Position numbers and translations under genes: made by a program | Assembly: GCA_040771865.1 (NCBI GenBank) | Contig: JAXGZF010000009.1 | Location: forward strand, 1 to 64,000 | Length of the DNA stretch: 64,000 nucleotides | DNA from: Desulfobacterales bacterium | GTDB lineage: Bacteria; Desulfobacterota; Desulfobacteria; Desulfobacterales; UBA2245 | Reading direction: 5' to 3' | Shown here: piece by piece, positions 48,044 through 57,500 of the stretch | Position numbering within the stretch: the first letter of the stretch is position 1 | How the letters are laid out: each line of letters starts with the position of its first letter | The notes under the pieces: model-generated | What the model saw: only the letters and a program-made list of their open reading frames with translations | What the model was told of the DNA's origin: nothing | Database searches by the model: none

Positions 48044-48958
48044 TTACAATAGATGACCCACCGCTCTGGCAAACCTCTTCTCACGGACACCGGAGGATTT
48101 ACCGCCGGCAAGCAGCTGCCCGCTTTCCTTCAATTTGGCAATCCGGTCCTGCGGCGCCGGATGCGTCTTTGCAAAATCAAATCCGCCCGGCTTTATCTGC
48201 TTGGCCATAACGCCCAGCATATCGATCAGCGCACCTGGATTGTAACTCAGCCGATTCAGAATGGACACCGCCGCCGCATCGGCCTGATATTCATACGCTC
48301 GGGAATAGCCTTTATTGATCATGGCGCTGCTGACATCGGAAATTACACCATCGAAAGCCTTGATTAATGATGTATCTTCCCGGGACTTGAATGATTTCTC
48401 TCCCTCCTGCGCCAAAACGGTGAGCGCTTCCGTCATTCGCGCCTTCCTGATGGAATTCACGCCGTGCCTTAACTGAACGTGGCCGATTTCATGAGCTAAA
48501 ACGGCTGCCAGCGCGTCTTCCGTCCGACAGCAGCGGATCAACCCGCGGGTGATAAAGATGTGACCGCCCGGTGTGGCAAATGCATTGATGTCATCGGAAT
48601 CGAGCGCCAGAAACTGATACCCGATAAACAGCTCCGGCATGTCCGAAACCCGTGCCAGCGTCTGGCCGAACGTATTCAGATAAGCGTTGGCATTTGCGTC
48701 CTCAAGCGGCCGATATTTTTCAAGAACCACCGCACCGACGGTTCGTCCGATATAATATTCCTGTTCCGGGGTGAAATTTTCCACACTTTTTGCAACTGCC
48801 GCCGTGCTCTTGCGGATGGATTCACCCTGCTCCCTGGTGATCGTTCCGGTTGCCTCACCCACCGCAGTAGCCAGCGTTGTTGCTTTTTCAACAACAGCGC
48901 ATCCGATCATCAGCCCTGTCAGAAATATGCCGACTGTCTGCCAAAGGTGTTTTTTCAT
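48044..48958 (-). CDS. M48-family metallopeptidase lipoprotein
   Basis: Lipobox-like MIGC, INAFATPGG, LAHEIGH, YSRAYEYQAD, KTHP. Confidence 0.9.
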   Translation of the reverse strand: MKKHLWQTVGIFLTGLMIGCAVVEKATTLATAVGEATGTITREQGESIRKSTAAVAKSVENFTPEQEYYIGRTVGAVVLEKYRPLEDANANAYLNTFGQTLARVSDMPELFIGYQFLALDSDDINAFATPGGHIFITRGLIRCCRTEDALAAVLAHEIGHVQLRHGVNSIRKARMTEALTVLAQEGEKSFKSREDTSLIKAFDGVISDVSSAMINKGYSRAYEYQADAAAVSILNRLSYNPGALIDMLGVMAKQIKPGGFDFAKTHPAPQDRIAKLKESGQLLAGGKSSGVREKRFARAVGHLL

Positions 48959-49458
48959 GGTTTGCCTCCCATAACGCGGAGCTCCAAACGGCCATCGGCG
49001 ATAAAATGCGCCATCTGTTCGGGAGACACCTTGATTCCCTCCATGCGATCGATCCAACTGTAATCAAGATGGCTATTGGTTTTACGGTACTCGGCTTCAA
49101 CCTCCTCGCCAAACCCCTTTCCCGCCAGCGCAATCTCACCCTGAGAAACGGAAGTTCCCACATCGCCCTGTCCGGCTCTAAGCACTAACCGTTTGTTCGT
49201 CAGAGCCGTGGCGTGCATCCATCCTTGAGCGTCTCCGCCCGCGGCAGACAACAGCTTCCAGTCACCCGTTTCTTCGAGCACGGTCATCTGATGACCATAT
49301 GATATCCTGGCCACGATTTTGCCAAAATGCGACGGCGAGGCCCGAAGCTGACCTTCCTTCACCTGTACACTCATCACTTTCTGCGCCCCGCCTGCTGCGC
49401 TCAGGAAAAAACTACTCAAAAGCGCGAGGCAAATGATTAGAGATATATAACGCAACAT
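48955..49458 (-). CDS. Exported SH3b-domain protein
   Basis: Signal peptide, QLRASPS, GDW...QGWMH; C-terminal ALAGKGF; overlaps the M48 start. Confidence 0.75.
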   Translation of the reverse strand: MLRYISLIICLALLSSFFLSAAGGAQKVMSVQVKEGQLRASPSHFGKIVARISYGHQMTVLEETGDWKLLSAAGGDAQGWMHATALTNKRLVLRAGQGDVGTSVSQGEIALAGKGFGEEVEAEYRKTNSHLDYSWIDRMEGIKVSPEQMAHFIADGRLELRVMGGKP

Positions 49459-49694
49459 TTTAACCTCCCTATGCTGTTTTTAAAAAAGCGCCATAAATGT
49501 CGGCAGAACCTCTGCACACAGGCGGGTATTTCACGAAAATGTCAGCAAAAAAATCCTTATTAATCAGCGTGTTATATTTATTGAATCAAAGCATCGTCAT
49601 GACATACCACAAGAACTGTGGCCTTTTCAAGACGCAAGGGATATCAACGGCGGCAATACTGCTTCAGACGTCGGCATCTAGATATTCTGTTTTT

Positions 49695-49724
49695 TTGACA
49701 TAGAAGACACCTGTAATCTATAGT
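49695..49724 (+). promoter_or_regulatory. Sigma70-like promoter
   Basis: TTGACA-N18-TATAGT upstream of the FIST pseudogene. Confidence 0.45.
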
Positions 49725-49785
49725 TCTCCAATCAAAGAGGCAAATCATACTGATAGAGAATGAACGTTTCCAAAGGAGTTTCGTC

Positions 49786-50475
49786 ATGAAAATTGCCGCT
49801 TCCTGGTCCACAAATTCCGATTCCGTCCAGGCTGCCGAGGAAGCCTATTACGCCCTGATCGAGAAACTGGCTGAAAAACCCCGGATCATTCTCGTGCATG
49901 GATCTTGTCTCTACGACTGCAAAACTCTTCTCCACCGCCTGACCAAACTAGCCCCGGATGTGCCGATCCAGGGCGGAATTTCCTGTCTGGGCGTCATGAC
50001 GGAGCAAGGATTCCACAGCAATAACGCCTTTGGTTTGGATCTGCTGGGTGTAGCGGATCCTGAAGGCGACTATGGAGCCGGTATATCCGATATCGGAAAT
50101 GATCCCAAGAAAGCGGCCCGCATTGCCCTGGAAGATGCCCTTGCGCAGGCCGGCCGATCGGGAGAAGCGCCCGCGGCCATTCTCGTCGGCAACGCCCCCG
50201 GGCATGAAGAGCTGATCATCCAGGCCATTGAGGCGCATGTCGGCAGCGACGTGCCGATTATTAGCGGCACGTCTGCGGACAACGACATGAGCGGTCAGTA
50301 GCAACAATTCGCCAACGGCCGGTTTTCCAGCGCCGGGGTTTCCGTGGCCGTTCTGTTCCCCTCCGGAGATATCGGCTTTTCCTTCCACAGCGGTTATAAA
50401 CCCACAGAACGTCAGGGGGTGGCTACCCGCACCCCGGACGCATCCTCCATGAAATCGACGGCCGCCCGGCGTCGC
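49786..50475 (+). pseudogene. FIST pseudogene, inverted paralogue of 53305-54510
   Basis: Very similar protein sequence; TGG>TAG at 50299-50301, a 1-bp deletion near 50435, then truncation. Confidence 0.88.
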
Positions 50476-50476
50476 G

Positions 50477-51442
50477 ATCTGACGAATCAATATCACAGCA
50501 GACGGTCGAAGAAAGGGATTCTCAAGCATGATCACGACGCCAAGGCCAAAATAGACGCGGCCCGTTTTTCCGGCAAGGATATTGTCGGCGGCAGGATGCT
50601 GCGGCAGATGGATGGCCGTCTGGCGCATATGCAGGAAGCGCTCGAGAACATTTATCAGGGTGTTGAAAAAACAAGAATCAGGCCGCCAGGCAAGGCGCGC
50701 GGCGATGCGACAAGCGCAGCATATTCAAGCATATGTGAGCATTGGCGAGAGCCGCGCAACGCTGAATGGCGGCCTCAGGCGCAGTTTTTCAACAGCCTGT
50801 TATGTCAAAAAACAATACACGCTTGGCATCTGGTTCCCCGGTTCGGCGTCCAAACGCGACATGCTGTTGAATGTTCCTTCGTAAATCCTACCGGTCGGAG
50901 AGCACAGGCAACTGGTCTGCCCTCATTTAACGATGCGTCCGAAAGATCGAATCGCTCTGACCGGACCGAACGGTGCCGGCAAAAGCACATTGCTGCGGTG
51001 GCTGCTCCCGCATCTGAACGTGCCGCCGGGGCAGATCACGTATGTACCTCAGGAGATTGATGCGGGGCAGTGTCGTGATATCCTGGCTCGGGTACGAGGC
51101 CTGCCGCATGAGCCATTGGGGCATCTGATGACGATTGTGAGCCGCCTGGGATCGCGTCCGCACTGGCTGATGGAAAGCAGGGAACCCAGCCCCGGCGAAA
51201 CACGCAAGCTGATGCTGGCGCTCGGCATGACCCGCAAACCGCATATTATCATCATGGATAAACCGACCAACCACATGGATCTGCCATCCATTGAATGCCT
51301 GGAGGCGGCGCTGGCGGATTGCCCGTGCGGCCTTGTGATCGTCAGCCATGATCGACCCTTTCTTGAGAAACTGACCCGAACGGAATGGCGGATTGTCCGA
51401 AATGAACAGGCAGAGGGCTGCTTTGTCTTACTGGCCGGGTAA
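50477..51442 (+). pseudogene. ABC-F-like ATP-binding protein pseudogene (3' part)
   Basis: DHDAKAKIDAAR, GPNGAGKSTLL, SPGETRKL, MDKPTNHMD (catalytic E>K), VSHD. 5' end missing, MITE insertion, TAA at 50882-50884. Confidence 0.82.
50655..50800. mobile_element. MITE-like repeat, copy 2
   Basis: Same termini as copy 1. Removing it plus one TA restores the host frame (ENI-Y-VKKQ). Confidence 0.88.
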
Positions 51443-51517
51443 TATTCACGGCTTCGTCAAAAGTCGGCTTTCTGCGTTGCGCTGCTGCATATCACATTTC
51501 CCGGAGAAACAACCGAA

Positions 51518-53299
51518 TCAATCCGCTCCGGCAAGTTCCTTCCTCACGGCAAGCTCCAGTTCCTTCAACCCGTACGGCTTCTTGAGAAAGGCTCCGGCGC
51601 CCATGCGCTGGGCGGCCCGGACGTCATCGTTGAGGCTGTAGCCGCTGGCGATGATGGCCTTCTGGCCCGGACGAAACTGAATGATTCGCTCGTATGTTTC
51701 CCGGCCGTTGATGCCGGGATCCATTATCATATCGAGAATCACGAGGTCCGCCGGATTGGTTTTGAGATAGGCAATCGCCTCTTCCCCGCTGGCGGCGGAT
51801 GCGGTTTCGAAACCCAGACTGGCGAGCATCTCGCAGACAAGCAGGCGCTGAACCTCCTGATCGTCCACCACCAGGATCTTCCGACCCTGTGCCCGGAACT
51901 GATCCGCAGGAATCCGCGCAGGCTGATCCTTGACGGTTTCCCGGTTAACGGGAAAATACAGAGAAAACCTCGTACCATCTGCGCCGGTCTGCAAATCGAT
52001 ATAGCCGTTATGGTCCTGCATGGTATTCCAGACAATGGTCAGGCCCAGACCGGTACCGCTTCTTCCCAGGCTCTTTTTGGCGTAGAAGGGTTCGAATATC
52101 CGCTCCATATCCTCTTCCGAAATGCCGGGACCGTTGTCGGACACGCTCAAAACGGCATATTCGCCCACAACGATATCCTCGTGCCGCTTCAAAGGCCGGT
52201 TTACATGAAGGTTTTGCGTTCTTACGGTGATGACGCCGTCAGCTCTGCCCCGGACCGCATCGATGGCGTTGGAGAACAGATTCAGCAGCGCCTTTTCCAC
52301 GTGAATTCCGGACGCCCGGATGCTCGGCTGGCGGTCGTCCAGATTGGATCGGACGGTAACGCCGCTCTGTTTTTGGATCATTTCGAGACATTCGGGGCTG
52401 GCAAGAAAATATTCCACTACTGAATTGAGCTGCACAGTATCCTTGGCAACAGCAACGCCCCGAGTAACGGTCAGAAGATCCTGAACCACGGCGGCGGCCC
52501 GAAGGCCCGAAGTCCGGATGGTTTCAATGATCTGCCGGTGTTTCTGCGGCAAATCCGGATACATGAGCAGAAGATCGGGATAACTGACGATTCCGGAAAG
52601 AATGTTGTTCAGATCATGGGCGACGCTGCCGGCTAGAAGTCCCAACGCCTCAAGTTTCTGCGTCCTGGCCAGCTTTTTCTCGCTCTCGGCAAGCTTCCGG
52701 TTCAGATCCGCCATCCGTGCCTCTGTTTTCAGGCGTTCTTCGAGAAAGGCCACCCGGTGATCCGCTTCCAGCTTCATCAGGGCCTGCCGTGCAAGAAGTG
52801 AAAAACGGCGGGCCAGGTTGATGTGGCGGCGCGAAAAATGGGCTCGTTCCGGATGGGTGCAGACGAAAAGAGCCGGAAAGCTGTCCGTTCCCACGGAAAA
52901 GACGAGGGCCGAACGGCTCTCATTCCTTAAGGCATCGTCCTGAAGGCGCCACTCCTCCACCGCCGACGTATCGAAAATAGCGATGGGATTTCCCTTCATG
53001 GCCCGCCGGAATGCAGCTCCGGGCTTCCATAACGTCTTTTTGAACCGGGCTTCTGAGACGGCAATCGGCAGCATGAAGCCGTTTCCGGAAGCTGCCAGGA
53101 CGAAGACGGCGCGGAAATCAAGAGGATTGCGCAATATTTCGAACAGGTTAGGGAAAAGCTCGCCGGTTTCCCTCGTCGTCGCCAGGACCTGCAGACCCGC
53201 CAAGAGCACCTCCGCCGTCTGGCGTTGCTGGGCCTCCATTTTTCTGGCTTCTTCGAGATCGAGGAGGGCCTCCCGCAATTCTTCCACGATAGTCGGCAT
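51518..53299 (-). CDS. Hybrid sensor kinase (GAF-like-HisKA-HATPase-REC)
   Basis: AHDLNN, NLFSNA, DNGPG, GTGLGL, receiver LDMIMDP; starts 5 bp after the FIST gene. Confidence 0.9.
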   Translation of the reverse strand: MPTIVEELREALLDLEEARKMEAQQRQTAEVLLAGLQVLATTRETGELFPNLFEILRNPLDFRAVFVLAASGNGFMLPIAVSEARFKKTLWKPGAAFRRAMKGNPIAIFDTSAVEEWRLQDDALRNESRSALVFSVGTDSFPALFVCTHPERAHFSRRHINLARRFSLLARQALMKLEADHRVAFLEERLKTEARMADLNRKLAESEKKLARTQKLEALGLLAGSVAHDLNNILSGIVSYPDLLLMYPDLPQKHRQIIETIRTSGLRAAAVVQDLLTVTRGVAVAKDTVQLNSVVEYFLASPECLEMIQKQSGVTVRSNLDDRQPSIRASGIHVEKALLNLFSNAIDAVRGRADGVITVRTQNLHVNRPLKRHEDIVVGEYAVLSVSDNGPGISEEDMERIFEPFYAKKSLGRSGTGLGLTIVWNTMQDHNGYIDLQTGADGTRFSLYFPVNRETVKDQPARIPADQFRAQGRKILVVDDQEVQRLLVCEMLASLGFETASAASGEEAIAYLKTNPADLVILDMIMDPGINGRETYERIIQFRPGQKAIIASGYSLNDDVRAAQRMGAGAFLKKPYGLKELELAVRKELAGAD

Positions 53300-53304
53300 G
53301 TGTC

Positions 53305-54510
53305 CTAATTCCCCTGGGCCGGCCCGAAAACGAGAACGGCCACCATGAGGTTGCCGTGACGGTTTTCACCCCCGATAAAGCAGCCTTGTTCTCCCAGGGT
53401 GAAGGCGCAGAGAAAAGGCGCTCCATGCAGAGCCTCGGACAGGCTTGCCTTCGGCTCGTCCATGCGCTCATGAACCGCGAGCATGCAGCCTGCGCAGAAC
53501 AGAACCAAGGCGCCTCGGATGTCCTGCACTCCGAAGGGCGATCCTTCCACCGCAGCAGCAGCCGCACGACCGGCCCTGCTTACGAGGCTGTCGGGCGTTC
53601 CGCGCATCAGAACGATTTCACAGTCTTGCCGGACATCGGTGAACAGCAGAAGCGAGCCATCCGGCAGAGCCTCCACGGGGTATGACAAACGGTAGTAGGG
53701 AACGCTACGGACCTTTCCCACGGGATTTCCTAGGGGCGTTAAGGTGGCGGCCGGTACCAGACTGCCCCCGTCCGGCAGAACTCCGGAGATGAGGCCGTCC
53801 GTCCATTCGTTATAGACCTGGGCTGCCGGTCGGCCGTCGATTTCATGGAGGATGCGCCCGGAGGTACGGGTAGCCCGTCCCTGATGTTTCGTGGGTTCAT
53901 AACCGCAGTGGAAGGAAAAGCCGATATCCCCGGAGGGGAAAAGAACGGCCACGGAAACCCCGGAGCTGGAAACCCGACCGTTGGCGTATTGGCGCCATTG
54001 GCCGCTCATGTCGTTGTCCGCCGAAGTGCCGCCGATAATCGGCACTCCTCTGCCGACATGTTCCTCGATGGCCTGTATGATCAACTCCTCATGACCGGGG
54101 GTGTTGCCCACAAGGATGGCTGCAGGCGCTTCTCCCGACCGACCTGCCTGAGCGAGGGCATCTTCCAGAGCAATGCGCGCCGCCCCCTGCGGGTCATTCC
54201 CGATATCGGCCATACCGACGCCATAGTCGCCTTCAGGATCCGCTACGCCCAGCAGGCCCAAACCAAAGGCGTTGTGGCTGTGGAACCCCTGCTCCGTCAT
54301 GACGCCCAGGCAGGAAGTGCCGCCTTGTATCGGCACATCCGGGGCCAGCTCGGTCAGACGGTTGAGCAGGGCGTCACTGTTGTAAAGGCAGGATCCGTGC
54401 ACCAGCATAATCTGGGGTTTGTCATCCAGTTTTTCGATCAGGGAGTTGTAGGCTTCCTCGGCGGCCAGGGCGGAATCGGAATTTGTGGACCAGGAAGTGG
54501 CAATTTTCAC
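53305..54510 (-). CDS. FIST (N+C) domain sensor protein
   Basis: GGTSCLG, IGGTSAD, EIDGRPA, FCAGC, FTLGEQG, HGNL; GTG start after AAGGAG. Confidence 0.9.
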   Translation of the reverse strand: MKIATSWSTNSDSALAAEEAYNSLIEKLDDKPQIMLVHGSCLYNSDALLNRLTELAPDVPIQGGTSCLGVMTEQGFHSHNAFGLGLLGVADPEGDYGVGMADIGNDPQGAARIALEDALAQAGRSGEAPAAILVGNTPGHEELIIQAIEEHVGRGVPIIGGTSADNDMSGQWRQYANGRVSSSGVSVAVLFPSGDIGFSFHCGYEPTKHQGRATRTSGRILHEIDGRPAAQVYNEWTDGLISGVLPDGGSLVPAATLTPLGNPVGKVRSVPYYRLSYPVEALPDGSLLLFTDVRQDCEIVLMRGTPDSLVSRAGRAAAAAVEGSPFGVQDIRGALVLFCAGCMLAVHERMDEPKASLSEALHGAPFLCAFTLGEQGCFIGGENRHGNLMVAVLVFGPAQGN

Positions 54511-54554
54511 AGCGGATCTCCTTGATAAGATTCTCCTTTTCAATGGCAAGCAGG

Positions 54555-54583
54555 AGTATAAAACAAGGGTATATTCATGTCAA
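54555..54583 (-). promoter_or_regulatory. Sigma70-like promoter of the FIST-kinase operon
   Basis: TTGACA-N17-TATACT on the minus strand. Confidence 0.65.
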
Positions 54584-54595
54584 AGCAAATGGAAA

Positions 54596-57500
54596 TTATT
54601 GTTCCGGTTTCCGGTCCAGTTCCTTTCGAACGGCAAGACCGATCTTCTCCAGAATGTAGGGCTTTCGAACAAACGCTCCGGCGCCCATCTCCAGAGTCTT
54701 CTGAACCCGGTCCGTCTCCGAAAAGCCGCTTGCGATGACCGCCTTCTGCCCGGGATTGATTTCAAGCATTCTTCGATAGGTCTCCATTCCGTCAATTCCA
54801 GGGTCCATGATCATATCCAGAATAATCAGGTCGGCTTTGTTGCGTTTCAGGTATTCAACCGCCTCCTCCCCCCCGGCAACCGCCTCGACCCGGTACCCGA
54901 GCCTTTCCAGCATGTTCCTGGCAAGTTCCCGCTGCTCCTTCACATCGTCCACGACCAGTATGGATTCCCCCCTGCTCGCATAAGAATCCGGCAGCACGGC
55001 TTTTTCAACTTTCGGCAGGTCCTCTCTCGTCACCGGAAAATAAAGGGTGAAAACGCTCCCCCTGCCCTCCTCGCTCCGCACGTCAATGTATCCGCGATGA
55101 TCCTTCACGGTTCCCCAGACAACGGCCAGTCCCAGACCGGTTCCGCTTCTTCCCATCACCTTCTTGGTATAGAAAGGCTCGAAAATCCTGCCCAGATCCT
55201 CGGCGGAGATGCCGCCGCCCGTATCAGAAACCGACAGGATCGCATAGTCCCCTTCCTGCATCTCATCGTATCCCTCTATGGGTTGATTGAGATAGCGGCT
55301 TTCCGTTCGAATGATCACCTCGCCCTCGCCGGATATGGCTTCTACGGCATTCGACACGAGATTCATGATCGTCTTTCCCAGATGGACCGGCGATCCCTTG
55401 ATGTTCAGGAGCCCGTCTTCGAGCTCGGTCCGTATCCGAACCTCCGGATGGTAAAAATGCAGGCTTTCGAACTCGGGCGTTCTTAAGTAATCAAAGACCA
55501 GCCGGTTCAGATCGACCACCTCGGAAACGGTAACGCCCCTTCGCGTCAGGGTCAAAAGATCCTGAATGATGGCGGCGCTTCTGATGCTGGATTGGTGGAT
55601 GTTATCGGCATATTTTTTTAATGGACTGCTGTCGGGCAGTTTTTCCGCAAGCAGCTCCGAGTATCCGACCACCACGCCCAGCATGTTGTTGAGGTCGTGG
55701 GCCACTCCGCCCGCCAGCGTTCCCAGCGCTTCCATCTTCTCGGCTCGCTTCAGGCGCTCCTCCAGACGCTTTCGTTCCGTATTGTCCCGCAGGCATTCGA
55801 TGGCGCCGACGGCCTCGCCTCTGGAATCTCGCAGCACGGATGCCATTCCGGAGAGATGCACATTTCCGGATGGCAGGTTCGGCGTATAAGCTTCTCCGAA
55901 AATACTGTCGCCAAATCTCTGCAGGGCGGTGTATTGCTTTTCTGTTTCCAGGTTCGGGTGAAGCGCGAAATCGATGAGAACGGGCCTTCGATCTCCGTAA
56001 AACGGCAGGGCATATTCATAGTCGCCCTTGCCGAGCATATCCTCCTTTTTGACGCCGGTCATTATTTCCATGGCCCGGTTCCAGGCGATCAGACTGCCGT
56101 CCTTGTCAATCACCATCGTGGCGTCGGGGAGGAACTCAATGATGTCTTCCAGTTTTCGCCGGGATTCGCGCAACTCCTCTTCAGCCCGTTTTCGGTCGGT
56201 GATGTCGATAAGAGAGGTTACGCTTTGTTTCGTTCCGGGAATCATATCGGCGATCAGGTAGATATCCTTGAGATGGCCGTCCCGGTGCACAAGCCGGAAC
56301 TCATAACTCGTTTCCGCAAGGTTCGCATCCGCTGTTCTTCGCAGTCGGTGCTGGTGAATCATCCTTTCCAGGTCGGATTTATCGATGAATTCCGTCCATT
56401 TTTTAACGCCTACGACATCCTGCAGCCGATAACCGGTCAGTTTTTCAAATTCGGCATTGGCAAAGGATATCGTCATATCCTCTTCGAGAATCAACATCGT
56501 GGTTCCCGTGTTTTCCAGAATGCTTCGATGCCGGATTTCGCTTTCCCGAAGCGCCTCTTCCGCCTGCCGGCGCTCGGTGATGAAACGCGCCTGCTGAATG
56601 TTCTGGTAGGCGAAATTGGAAAGCTGGTTGGCAAGTGTATACAGCGCCTGAGCCGCATGCTCGAACTGCTCGCGAGACATGACGGGCACCTCGCGGAACG
56701 CATCGATCAGGTCATTTTCGTCGGCCCCGATCTCCCTGGCGTATCGGCGCATATTTTCCTCGGTCTGGGTCTCGTCGCGCACCTGGCCGATCAACCAGTT
56801 GGCGATGTGTATACCGCCGACCGAAATGCCGGCGCCGGCGTCCCACAGCCCGCCGCTCAGGCAGAGCCGGATGTTTGGCCCGTGAACGGCGGCCCGTCCA
56901 ACCACCGAATCATTTCTCATACAATTCGCGAGACCTTTTTCGGTTTTCCGGATAATGTCTTTGCACAGGCGGCAGAAATTGCTCGGCGAGGTGATGGGCG
57001 TTCCATCCGTGTGGGTGATGAGGGAGGCGACGCCGGTTGCCTGGGCGAACTCGTCCTGAAGGCGCTGAATGTCGTCGATGTTGAACAGTTCTTCAAAGAC
57101 GATGCCGGCGGCGTCATCCAGAGGCCGGGTCAGCGCCAGGATGCGCTTTTCCAGAGCCGCTTCCGCTCGCTTGCGGTCGGTGATGTCTTGCACGACGGCG
57201 CATACCCCTGCGGAGAAATCTTCAGAGTTGAAAGGGCTCAGACTGAGAACCACATCTATGAGTTCACCGTCTTTGCGCCGTATGACGGCATCCATTACAC
57301 CTGTGCCTTCCCTTGCCGCCATCTCGTACAAGTCCCTGCCGACGCGTTGATATTCCTCATCATCAGGGAAGTGGAGGCGTGTCGTCATCCCCAGCATATC
57401 CTCCTCTGAATATCCTGTGATCCTGCAGAGGGCCTTGTTCACCTTTTTGAACACCCGGTCTTTCAAGAGCGCCACTCCTACCGGTGCGGCCTCGAAAATG

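Noticed and set aside
50299..50301. In-frame TAG in the FIST copy as pyrrolysine or readthrough
   Set aside because: The paralogue has TGG here, and a frameshift and truncation follow, so this is decay.
51443..51490. CACGGCTTCGTCAAAAGTC... resembling the end of another small repeat element
   Set aside because: Single partial copy with no partner end in the window; the resemblance is from memory only.
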